From Lingula anatina (taxonomy: Eukaryota; Animalia; Brachiopoda), in NCBI GenBank assembly GCA_051362555.1, contig CM120642.1, positions 20,336,001 to 20,400,000 on the forward strand: a stretch of DNA of 64,000 nt, written 5' to 3'. The position numbers and the translations under genes are program-made. The notes beneath the pieces were generated by a model. The model worked only from the letters and a program-made list of their open reading frames with translations, was not told where the DNA came from and did not search any database. Positions 48,941-61,848 of the stretch are shown here, piece after piece; the stretch's first letter is position 1; each line of letters starts with the position of its first letter.

Positions 48941-51900
48941 TTATGTACAGACATAGATGTGTCTGTACATATAGCCATCACCTGCGTCTGTCGCCGTCGC
49001 CGTCGCCGTCGCCGTCGTGCACTTTGACTGATAACACGATAAGTAGAAAACCGTTTCTGCTTTTGGCTTGAAACTTACAGAACTGATGAATATTCATAAT
49101 ACGCAGGTCAAGTTCGAAAATCAGCGTGAACGGGCCATTTTTAGGGAAGTTATGCTGTTTTTTCACTTTTTTCAGCATATATGCAGCACCGATAACACGA
49201 CAGGTGGAAAACCATTTTACCTTTTGGCATGAAACTTACAGAACTGATGAATATTTATAATATGCAGGTCAAGTTTGAAAATCAGCATGATCGGGCAATT
49301 TTTATGGAAGTTATCCATTTTTATTATGTACAGACACAGATGTGTCTGTACATATAGCCGTCATCTGCGTCTGTCGTCACCGTCGCCGTCGTTGCCGTCG
49401 TCACCGTGCACTTTTACCGATAACACGATAAGTGGAAAAATGTTTTTTCTTTTGGCTTGAAACTTACAGAACTGATGAATATTCATAATACGCAGGTCAA
49501 GTTCGAAAATCAGCATGATCGGGTCACTTATAGGGAATTTATGCTGTTTTTTCACTTTTTTCAGCATATATGCAGCACCGATAACACGATAAGTGGAAAA
49601 CCGTTTTACTTTTTGGCTTGAAACTTACAGAACTGATGAATATTTATAATACGCAGGTCAAGTTCGAAAATCAGCATGATCGGGTCACTTATAGGGAATT
49701 TATGCTGTTTTTTCACTTTTTTCAGCATATATGCAGCACAGATAACACGATAAGTGGAAAACCGTTTTACCTTTTGGCTTGAAACTTACAGAACTGATGA
49801 ATATTCATAATACGCAGGTCAAGTTCGAAAATCAGCATGATCGGGTCACTTATAGGGAATTTATGCTGTTTTTTTCACTTTTTTCAGCATATATGCAGCA
49901 CCGATAACACGATAAGTGGAAAACCATTTTACCTTTTGGCTTGAAACTTACAGAACTGATGAATATTCATAATATGCAGGTCAAGTTCGAAAATCAGCAT
50001 GATCGGGTCACTTATAGGGAATTTATGCTATTATTTCTCTTTTTTCAGCATATATACAGCACAGATAACACCATATATGGAAAACCATTTTACCTTTTGG
50101 CTTGAAACTTACCGAACTGATGAATATTCATAATACACAGGTCGAGTTTGAAAATCAGCATGATTGGGTCATTTTTACTGAATTTAGTCTATTTTTTTCA
50201 CTTTTTTTTCAGCATTTTTGCAACACTGATAACACAATAAATGGAAAGCTGTTTTACCCTTTGGCTTGAAACTTACAGAACTGATAAATTTTCATAATAC
50301 ACAGGTCGAGTTTGAAAATCAGCATGATTGGACCACTTTTATAGAAGTTAAGCTGTTTTTTTTTCACTTTTTTCAGCATATATGCAACACTGATAACACG
50401 ATAAGTGAAAAACAGATAGGCCAATTGTCATAATACTCATAGGAGTGGCCAATCTTACTAAAACGAAGGTTGAGTTGGAAAATCAGCATAATCGGTCTAT
50501 TATTTTAGAAGTTATGCTGTTTTTTCACATTTCCTCACATTCAATTCTTAGGCATGTTAACAGTCTCATTAGTTAAGTAATAAGATACGTAAAAGTGTTT
50601 GTTTGACATTTCCTGCATCTTTACAACATTGTTAGTTGATTTTGTAAAACCTGTTATCGTGTATTGTGTAATAAAGTGTCAAAAATGGAAATAAACACAT
50701 TTCATTGCAGTTTGTCAGATTCAATCATCCTCTATGTTCAGTATCTCATAATGGAGGAAATTGGACATATAACACTGTTTTATTGATATTTTCCCATCTC
50801 ATCAATTTTCTTAGTTGGTCATATAAAAATGGCAGTAAACTGTTTATTTTGTTTTATGTTTAAAAAGTCTTAAAAATGGTAATTAACCCGTTTCAGAACA
50901 GTGCTGTCTTGTTTCACTTTTTTCAGCATTTATGTAGCACCGATAACACGATAAGTAAAATACCATTTTACTTTTTGGCTTGAAACTTACAGAACTGATT
51001 AATATTTATAATACGCAGGTCAAGTTTGAAATTCAGCATGATCCGGCCAATTTTAGGGAAGTTATGATGGTTTTTTTTTCAAAATTTTCAGCATTTTTGT
51101 AACACGGAAAACAGGATCAGTGTAAAAATGTTTTTCTTTTTGGATTGAAACTGATGAATATTCATAATACGCATTTCAAGTTTGAAAATTGGCTTGATTG
51201 GACTATATTTACAACTGTTATGCTGTTTTTTTCCTTATTCAGCATATATGCAACACTGATAACAAGTTTTAAGGAAAACCAATCAGCCTTTTGTCTTGCA
51301 ACTCACAGCAGTGATTAGTCTGACTAGTATACAGATAAAGTTTGAAAATAAGCTTGATCAGTTAAGTTTTGATGAAGTTATTAGCCTTTTTGTATATAAG
51401 TGTTTTTTTTCTTCAGATTTAATTCTTAGGCATGTTAACAGTCTCAATATGGAACTAATTAGATATGTAAAAGTGTTGTTTTGACATTTTCTGCTTCTTA
51501 ACAATATTGTTAGTTGATTATATAAAAATGATGGTAAACCTGTTATCATGCATTGTGTAATAAAGTATCAAAAATGGAAAGGAACTCATCATTGCAGTTT
51601 GTCAGATCCAATCATTCACTATGTTCAGAATCTGCAAATGGAGCAAATTGGACATTTAAAATTGTTCTATTGATATTTTTCCTATGTCGACAATTTTCCT
51701 AGATGATCATTTAAAAATGACAGTAAATTGATTATTTTGTTTTATGTAAAAAGGTGTTGAAAATGGAAAGAAAATCATTTCAGTACAGTTATCTCTTGTT
51801 TACATTTTGGCATTTTGAACTTTGAACTTTGAACTTCCATGGTCTTGAAGACCTTCCCATATCACATTTTCTGAATATCTATGATGCTTTTATTTTTTAT

Positions 51901-54068
51901 GTACAGACACAGATGTGTCTGTACATATTGCCATCACCTGCGTCTGTCGTCGCCGATGGCGATGGCGATGGCGATGCCGATGCCGATGCCGGCGCCGTGC
52001 ACTTTCCTTGTAAACACGATAAGTGGATGGCAGTTTTACTTTTTGGCTTCATATTTACAGAGCTGATGAATATTCATAAAACGCAGGTCAAGTTCAAAAA
52101 TCAGCATGATCGGGCCATTATTGTAGAAGTTATGCTGTTTTTTCACTTTTCAGCATATATGCAACACTGTAAACACATTCCAAGGAAAACCGATTGGCCT
52201 GTTGTCATGAAACTCACAGGAGTAATCTATCTTACTACAACGCAGGTCAAGTTAGAAAATCGGCATGATCAGGCCACTATTTTAGTAGTTATGCTTTTTT
52301 TTTTCACTTTTCAGCATATATGCAACACTGTAAACACAATATAAGAAAAACAGATAGGCCAATTGTCATTAAACTCACAGGAGTGGTCAATCCTTCTAAA
52401 ACGCAGGTTGAGTTAAAAGATCAGCATAATCGGGCCATTATTTTAGAAGTTATGTTGTTTTTTCACATTTTTTCAGATTCAATTCTTAGGCATGTTAACA
52501 GTTTCATTATTTAATTAATAAGATATTAAAAGTGTTTGTTTGACATTTCCTGCATCTTTACAACATTGTTAGTTGATTTTGTAAAAATGATGGTTAATTT
52601 GTTATCGTGTATTGTGTAATAAAGTTTCAAAAATGGAAATAAACTCATATCATTGCAGTTTGTCAGATTCAATCATTCACTATGTTCAGAATCTCAGAAT
52701 GGAGGAAATTGGACATTTAACACTGTTCTATTGATATTTTTCCCATCTCATCAATTTTTTTAGTTGATCATATAAAAATGGCAGTAAACTGTTAATTTTG
52801 TTTTATGTTAAAAATTGTTAAAAATGGAGAAAAAAAACCATTTCAGAACAGTGCTGTCTTGTTTATATTTTGACATTTTCAAGATGTGACTTTGAAGTTC
52901 CATGGTCCTGAAGACCTTTGCTAGTCACATTTTCTGAATATCCATGATACTAACATTTTATTATTAAAAATTGATGGTTATTATGCTGTTAAGCATTATG
53001 TAATATTGCATCCAAATTTGCAGAAACCCCTATTTTGGGCACTGCTCCCATGATGATCATTTAAGGAAAATCATGTCACTCACAGGAAAGAAGCATGGGA
53101 CTAAAATATAGCTTCAGTAGGCAATGCAGTCTGTTTGGTAAATTTTTCTGGCAATTAAACAGTTTTTTGTGAAAATTTAATTTTTCACTTATTGGCATTT
53201 TCAAGGTGTGACTTAGAACCTCCACGGGCTTGAAGACCTTTGCTAGTCACATTTTCTGATTATCCATGATACTAATATTTTATTAAAAATTGATGGTCAT
53301 TTTGCTGTTAAACATTATGTAATATTGCATCAAAATAGAAGAAAACACAATTTTTGGTGTTGCTGCCATGATGACCATTATGGGAAAACCATGTTACTTA
53401 TGACTGTCAAACTTTCAAAAAAAGAAACACAGGACTAAAATGCAGCCTGAGTTGGAAAAGCAGTCTAATTAGCCTCTTTTTCTGGAAGTTATACATTTTA
53501 GTGAAATATTCATTATTATCTTTTTGGCATATTCATTGTGGGACTCAGAACTCCCATGGACATGAAGCCGAATGGTAATCAAATTTTCTACATGTCCTTG
53601 CTATTTACAGTCAATAATAAAAAATTGGTGATAATTATTCTATAATTTATTATGTAATGTTACATCAAAATTGACAAAAATCTTTTTGCACTGCTACTGC
53701 AAACATTATGAAATAAAACTATGTTACCTATTATTATTTTTAACATACAAGTATGATTTTTAGGATTGGCATGCAGTTCAAATTAGAAGGCCAGGTCAAT
53801 TGGTCAATTCTTTTATTGACTTTATGCAATTTTGTGTGAAATTTTCATTTTTATGTACAGACACAGATGTGTCTGTACATATAGCTGTCATCTGCCTCTG
53901 TCATCGCCATCGCCGTCGTCGCCGTCGCCGTGCACTTTTACCGATAACACGATAAGTGGAAAACTGTTTTTTCTTTTTGTTTGAAACTTACAGAACTGAT
54001 GAATATTCATAATACGCAGGTCGAGTTCGAAAATCAGCATGATCAGGTCACTTATAGGGAATTTATGC

Positions 54069-54565
54069 TGTAAGGTTTAGTTTACTTTTGTTGTGATTGA
54101 GGAGCCTGGTGTCCAGCTCATCTAATGCATTCATTTGCATAAATGACAAGTTTTCATGCAGGCTGATGCCCTGTGAGTTTTGCACTTTGTTTCATTCATC
54201 ACAGTGTCTCCGTAGGAGAAACACATAGTACTCTTACTTTTGAATCTGTTATTTCTACTTGAAATTTATAGTTTAAAGGAATGGCAGAAATGGTGAGTTT
54301 TAATACTGTTTATTGATTATTATTGATTATTGATGATTAGTTATTTATTATTGGTGATTATTGAAATGTATAAGTTTTTTGAGTAAGTAAATTTGAACAC
54401 GTAAATAACCCTTAGTAAGTACATTGTTGTAATTTTCTTTTTCTCTTCTTCTTTTTTAGTTTTTACGTGTCTTGTGAATCCATGTGAATAAACCAAGATC
54501 CAGTGAAAAACACATGCCTTTTCTTTGACTTTTATTTAACCTATATAACCCCTGCGTGTTATATA
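54069..54565 (+). repeat. 5' LTR of BEL/Pao element
   Basis: TGTAAGG...GTGTTATATA, direct repeat of 60472-60968 with about 3 substitutions seen. Confidence 0.93.
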
Positions 54566-54606
54566 AAGTAAAAACATTTCTCAATCATCCCACGGAAATT
54601 TCCATC

Positions 54607-57600
54607 ATGGCGTACCACGGCAGCTTACAAGATTTCGGACTATCTCATAGACGATTCAGAACCAACAGTTTACATTCGGCATCAGAATCCCAAAGGACAA
54701 AAACAGCACTCGCTATTGCCAATGCTCAGCTGGAATTCGAAGAAGCGGAAACTGCACTAAGGCGTCGGTATCGCGAGCAAGAGCTAAAAGACGAAATGAG
54801 AATGCTTTCCCTACGAGCCCAGGTGAGACGGCGGGAAATTGAGGCTGAAATTCAGGAAGACGAATCTTTGTCGGAACACAACTTCACGATTGATCGCTAC
54901 TTTAATTCCATGGAAGAAGGTAACGTTGATACTACTGATGCACATAATCTGACAAATTCCGATCATGTTTCTCATCAACATATCAGTGCACAACAGCAAC
55001 AGCAGAGTGAGCAACAGCGGTCACGCATGAATGCACATCACCCGCATTCCACGCAACAGTTTCAGCAATTAGGAGTGTCATATGAGACGGAGCCCACTCA
55101 ACCAAAACCTATGTCAAGGACAAATCAACCACAGCAGTTCCCTACGGCAGCACAGTCATCACAACTGTCACAGCTACAGCAACCGTACATTGTGCCATCC
55201 CATACAGATCCAGCGATGACATTTAACCCCCATGCAACAGAATATACACCGATGACAGCACAGTCAATAGGTACGTCTACCATAGAGCAACAACGTCAGC
55301 TTACCATGAATGACCAAGTAGCACACTTACTTCAACAACAACAACGAGCTTTACAAGAAATCACGCTGAACCAAGAAATGCCCAAACGTGAGTACTTGTA
55401 TTTCAATGGTGATCCCGTATCATACCCGACTTTCATAAGAAACTTTGAGACTAATATTGAACAAAGAGTACCAGACTTTAGAAGCAAACTGTCATATCTC
55501 ATACAGTACTGCACAGGTGAAGCCAAAGAAACCATAAAAAGCTGTGTCATACTTGAACCAGAGGAAGGTTATTTCCAGGCTAGAAACATTTTACAGACTC
55601 ATTTCGGACAAAAACACATCATCATCAAAGCTATGTTGGAGAAAATAGTAACAGGTCCTCCCATTAAAGCGTCAGACGTTACACGACTCTCCAAGCTCTC
55701 AAGAGACATGACTACGTGCCAAATGACAGCATCCAAGATGGGATACTATGAAGATTTGAATTCTATGGATACTCTGGAAAAAGTGGTCCGGCGATTACCG
55801 CAATATCTCCAAGCTGGATGGGCCAAACGTTCCGGAAAATTGTTAAATCAGTGGATTGAGGTCAAGTTCAAGGATCTCTCAAATTACCGGGAGGAAATGG
55901 TACAGATTGCCAACACAAGGTTCAGACAATTGGTAGGATCCAAGCCGGATGTGAAACCCAAGTCGAAGGTCAGTAGTCACAACTCGTCCTATAAGACCAC
56001 TACCCTAGCCACTAACGTTCACCCTGCCGAGAAAAGTAACTCCAACAAGTCCCAGCCATCGTCAGTCCAGAAAGACCCATGTGTGTTTTGCTCTGGAAAT
56101 CATACTATCAAGCAATGTTTCAAATTTGCTAGAATGAATTACAGCGATAGGAAAAATTTTGTGTCGGAAAACAAACTGTGTTTCAATTGTCTTCAGTCCA
56201 GCCCTTCGCACACTGCAAGAACGTGTCAATGGAAACAATTGTGTCAAGTCCCTGGATGTGGCAAGCGACATCACGCATTACTACACCCACCCTGTGTACC
56301 TGCCAACAGCTCCGCACTGCAACATGAGCCTGGTGCCAACGCTACGTCTGTTGTTACTGACCCCGTAGTTGCAGTCCAGAGTGCAGCGGTAGCGACAGGA
56401 AGAAGAATCAGTCTACAGATTGTCCCAGTGACAGTGAGCGGCGGCAATGGTGGACCGATTATTGAAACTTATGCATTTCTAGACAGTGGATCTGATCACA
56501 GTTTATGTTTACACAGTTTAGCTGAAAAGTTAGGTGTCAGAGGGAAATCTATCCAGTACAGTGTCAGTACAGTTAACGATGAAAGTTGCGTAAATCAAGG
56601 GCAAGAAGTACAGCTAGAAGTGAAAGCTATCAATAGCCAACAAGGATTGATTCTAGATCAAGTTTGGACGACTGACAGACTACCCATCTGTGAAAAGAAC
56701 ATTCCAAACAATGAGGACATTTTAGAGTGGAGCCATTTGAAAGATGTGCAACTGCCAGAGCTAGATGACAAAACAGTTACCATTCTCATCGGTAATGATC
56801 ACCCTGAAGCTCATTGGCGCATAGAAGAGAGACGAGGCGATAAGAAACAACCGTACGCGATCTGAATGATTTTAGGATGGACTATATTAGGTCCCATGAA
56901 AAGACCAAATGATGGTGACGTCACGGTTAATTTCATTCACGCAGACCAGGTACTCGGATGTGACAATTCTCTGAGAGGCTGCGATTCTATTTCTACCTAA
57001 CTAAGCAAGATTTACAACAGTGAATTCAGTGAGTCTTCAGTCAGCAGCAACCAGTGCATGTCATTAGAAGATAGGAAAGCGAAGAGAATCATGGATGAGT
57101 CCGTGGTATTTGTTGACGGACATTACCAAGTTTCACTTCCTTGGAAGTCAGACGAGCTCTTACCCAATAACAAGCCAGCAGCTGAAAAACGCTTGAATCT
57201 GCTCAAGACGTTTACAGCGTGACGAAAAACTACGAGAGAAGTATACTCAAGCTCTTCAGGAGTATATTGATAAAGGACACGCTCAGAAGATTGACCACAG
57301 AAATCTGCATAATAACAGCAATTCTGTTTGGTACTTACCTCATCACCCTGTGATCAATTCAAAGAAGTCCAAAATTAGAGTTGTCTTCGATTGTGCAGCG
57401 AAATATGCAGGCGTTTCTCTGAACGATTCCTTGTTACAGGGTCCGGATTTAACCAATTCACTCATTGGAGTTCTCCTTAGATTCCGCCAGGAGAAGATAG
57501 CCATTGTTGCTGATATTGAGCAAATGTATCATCAAGTGAGAGTGCACCCTGATTATCGTGACGCCTTACGATTCCTATGGTGGCCAGCAGGAGATCTCAG

Positions 57601-60349
57601 CAAACAACCAGAAGAATACCAAATGTTAGTCCACGTGTTTGGTGCTACTTCCTCTGCAAGTTGTACAGTCTACGCTCTCCTCAAAAATGCAGAAGATCAT
57701 GGAAAGGACTTTGATTTCCAGACCGTTGAAACTGTCTACAGAAACTTCTATGTTGACGATTGCTTAAAGTCTGTAGAGACCATTGATGAAGCTAAGATGG
57801 TGATCACTCAACTCACCTCGCTACTGCAGAAAGGTGGATTTCATCTGACCAAGTGGATATCGAACCAGGAGGAAGTTCTATCCAGTGTGCCCACTGCAGA
57901 GCAAGCACCGTCGGTCAGAAATGTAAACTTTGACAAACAGCCGATAGAACATGCGTTAGGCGTACAGTGGAACATAGAAAAGGATACATTTGGATACTGC
58001 GTCCGTGAGAGGGATGTAAAGAATACCCGCAGAGGTATTTTGTCATTTATTGCATCAATATGTGATCCACTGGGTTTTGCAGCGCCACTTATTCTCAAAC
58101 CTAAACAGATACTCCAAGAATTGTGTCGGGAAGGCATTGCGTGGGACAGTGACTTACCTGCAGAGCATCTTAATGCATGGACACAGTGGAGAGAAGGATT
58201 GGACAATTTACAAACAATTGAAGTCCCAAGATGCTACAAATCAGCTCAATTAGCAGATATTCAGTCCATTGAACTTCACCATTTTTCAGATGCCTCGTTA
58301 TCCGGCTACGGCATTGTTTCCTACTTGCGGTTTGTTGATATTAATCAGCAGGTATATTGCAACATTGTCATGGGGAAATCACGTGTAGCGCCTCTGAAAA
58401 CAGTGACTGTTCCTCGAATGGAGCTAACAGCTGCTACATTGTCTGCGAAAGTCCACAAACAAATGATGGAAGAACTACAACTGCCCATTCATCGTATTGT
58501 TTTCTGGACAGATTCTACGATTGTGCTCCAGTACATTCGGAATTCCGCGACCAGATTCCATGTTTTTGTTGCCAATCGTCTACAAATGATACATGATGTT
58601 TCATCCCCATCGCAGTGGTATCATGTTGATTCAGATCAGAACCCGGCAGATTACGCTTCCAGAGGAATACAGCTCAGAAGTGATAACAGTGATGACATAC
58701 AGCGTTGGTTACATGGCCCAGCTTTCTTGTATCAGCCCGAGATACACTGGCCGAAACAGCCAGATAATCTACATGAAATTCCAGAAAATGATAGAGAAGT
58801 GAAATGTAAATCAGCTCAAGTACATGTCACTACGTCGTCCGAAGTATTGGACGGTGTAGAACGATTGTTACATCATTTCTCATCATGGTATGCGTTACAG
58901 AAATCAGTTGCCTGGATTTTGCGTTTCAAACGCTACTTACTGTCCCGCGTGAGACAATTGACAGTAGATAGAAACAATGAACCATTAACAGTACAGGAAA
59001 TCGCGCTTGCTACTGATGCTATTGTGATGTATGTACAAGCAAAATCATTTCCCAAAGAGTGCAACGTTGTATCATCTGCAATGACCAAAAAACCCAATTC
59101 CAAGGGATATGTGAGCCCATTGCGCAAGCTATCTCCGATCAAAATTGATGGGATTCTGTGTGTAGGAGGACGTCTCCAGAATGCAGCGATATCTACCTCA
59201 CAGAAACACCCGAAAATTCTTCCACATGATCATCACGTTACTGAAATCATTGTGCGACACTATCACATTAAGGAAGGACATGTGGGAGCATATCACGTGT
59301 TATCTGTGATACGTCAAGAATTTTGGATAACGCGTGGATTGTCAACAGTGAAAAAAGTCATTCGCAAGTGCATGGTGTGCCGCAGATGGAATGCAGTTCC
59401 CAGCAGTCAAGTTATGGCCCCACTTCCAAGAAGTCGTGTGACACCAGGGAAGCCACCATTTCATTCAGTTGGTGTCGACTACTTTGGCACTGTTAGTGAA
59501 ATGCGGAAGACGAACAAATAAGCGTTATGGTTGCATTTTACGTGCATGGCGACTAGAGCAGTTCATTTGGAGATATCATATAATCTGTCATCAGACTCGT
59601 TCATTCAAGCAGTTTTGCGTTTTATAAGTCGGCGAGGACCGCCGTGTGAAATTTTCAGTGACAACGGGACCAATTTCAGAGGTGCTGAAGCAGATCTAAA
59701 ACGCATTTTACAGCAGTGGAATCAAGAAAAAATCAGTGATTCTCTGTTACGACGCAACATTCAGTGGTATTTCAATCCGCCAAATGCAAGCCACGCAGGT
59801 GGCGTATGGGAGCGTTTAATCAGATCAGTGCGGAAAATTATGCGTTCGATTTTGGGAAATAGATTGGTAGATGACGAGACATTACTTACTGTACTTGCTG
59901 AAGTTGAGAAAATCATGAATATTCGTCCGTTGATCCGCAAAGCAGACCATTATTACGAACTAGAAACCCTGTCACCAAATCAACTACTGTTGCTGCGTAC
60001 GAATCCCTGTTTGCCCGCTGACAATTTCACAGAACGTGATCAATATAATGAACAGTGGAAACACGCGCAGTTAATTGCAGACCAATTCTGGCAGCGATGG
60101 ATTAAAGAATACTTGCCTGTGCTTCAGGAGCGTCAGAAATGGCTCCGACCAGCAAAGAACTTTGAAAAAGGTGACTTTGTTTTGCTTATTGATGAAAATG
60201 CCTTTCGTGGTCAGTGGCCTAAAGGACTGATAGGGGAAACTTTTCCTGATAAATACGGACATGTGCGCCAGGTGATTGTTAAAACAGCCAAGGGACGCTT
60301 TCGCCGTGATGTGCGAAAACTGTGTTTATTGGAAGGAAATTTTGTTTAA
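54607..60349 (+). pseudogene. BEL/Pao gag-pol polyprotein, disrupted
   Basis: Three zinc knuckles (CVFCSGNH..C, CFNCLQ..H..C, CQVPGCGKRHHALLH), protease FLDSGS, RT FYVDD, RNase H FSDAS, integrase H..H..C..C / VDYFG / SDNGTNF / WERLIR. Stops at 56863 and 56998; frameshifts near 57210 and 59490. Confidence 0.93.
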
Positions 60350-60471
60350 TGTGCAATGCATTTAAGTGACAATGACTTTATAGGACATTTTTTGAGTAAA
60401 TTAAATAGTGTTTATATTTGATTAGAAAGGCTATTTTGAATCTTGATTAAATCGCCTTTCGGTGGCCGGTA

Positions 60472-60968
60472 TGTAAGGTTTAGTTTACTTTTGTTGTGAT
60501 TGAGGAGCCTGGTGTCCAGCTCATCTAATGCATTCATTTGCATAAATGACAAGTTTTCATGCAGGCTGATGCCCTGTGAGTTTTGCACTTTGTTTCATTC
60601 ATCACAGTGTCTCCGTAGGAGAAACACATAGTACTCTTACTTTTGAATCTGTTATTTCTACTTGAAATTTATAGTTTAAAGGAATGGCAGAAATGGTGAG
60701 TTTTAATACTGTTTATTGATTATTATTGATTATTGGTGATTAGTTATTTATTATTGGTGATTATTGAAATGTATAAGTTTTTTGAGTAAGTAAATTTGAA
60801 CACGTAAATAACCCTTAGTAAGTACATTGTTGTAATTTTCTTTTTCTCTTCTGTTTTTTTAGTTTTTACGTGTCTTGTGAATCCATGTGAATAAACCAAG
60901 ATCCAGTGAAAAACACATGCCTTTTCTTTGACTTTTATTTAACCTATATAACCCCTGCGTGTTATATA
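60472..60968 (+). repeat. 3' LTR of BEL/Pao element
   Basis: Direct repeat of 54069-54565. Confidence 0.93.
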
Positions 60969-61054
60969 TATGCTGTTTTTATGTACAGACACAGATGTGT
61001 CTGTACATATTGCCATCATCTGCGTCTGTCGTCGCCGTCGTCGCCGTCGTCGCT

Positions 61055-61092
<38 letters not shown>

Positions 61093-61810
61093 GCACTTTT
61101 ACCGATAACACGATAAGTGGAAAACCATTTTGCCTTTTGATTTGAAACTTGCAGAACTGATGAATATTCATAATACGCAGGTCAAGTTCGAAAATCAGCA
61201 TGATCGGGTCACTTATAGGGAATTTATGCTGTTTTTTCACTTTTTTCAGCATATATGCAGCACCGATAACACCATAAGTGGAAAACCATTTTACCTTTTG
61301 GCTTGAAACTTACAGAACTGATGAATATACATAATACGCAGGTCAAGTTCGAAAATCAGCATGATTGGGTCATTTTTAGTGAATTTAGGCTATTTTTTCA
61401 CTTTTTTTCAGCATTTTTGCAACACTGATAACACAATAAATGAAGAGCTGTTTTACCCTTTGGCTTGAAACTTACAGAACTGATAAATATTCATAATACG
61501 CAGGTCAAGTTCGAAAATCAGCACGATCGGGTCACTTATAGGGCATTTATGCTGTTTTTTTTCACTTTTTTCAGTATATATGCAACACTGATAACACAAT
61601 ATAAGAAAAACAGATTGGCCAATTGTCATTATACTCACAGGAGGGGCCAATCTTACTAAAACGCAGGTTGAGTTTGAAAATCAGCATAATCAGTCCATTA
61701 TTTTAAAAGGTAATGCTGTTTTTTCACATTTCCTCACATTCAATTCTTAGGCGTGTCTGTACATATTGCCATCATCTGCGTCTGTCGTCGCCGTCGTCGC
61801 CGTCGTCGCT

Positions 61811-61848
<38 letters not shown>

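Larger units (their letters stand above)
54069..60968 (+). mobile_element. Full-length BEL/Pao LTR retrotransposon (defective)
   Basis: Two 497-bp LTRs; 5-bp TSD TATGC (54064-54068 and 60969-60973); GGTGGCCGGTA before the 3' LTR; Gag-PR-RT-RH-IN domain order. Confidence 0.95.

Noticed and set aside
56860-57000. Programmed readthrough or selenocysteine at the BEL TGA
   Set aside because: The stop replaces an expected Arg in a conserved motif, BEL elements normally have a single ORF, and a second stop and frameshifts follow.
13132-61252. Recurrent short ORFs such as MLKKVKKQHNF... and MYRHRCVCTY...
   Set aside because: They are translations of the HINE 5' end and satellite unit, with frame-disrupting differences between copies and no domain signature.
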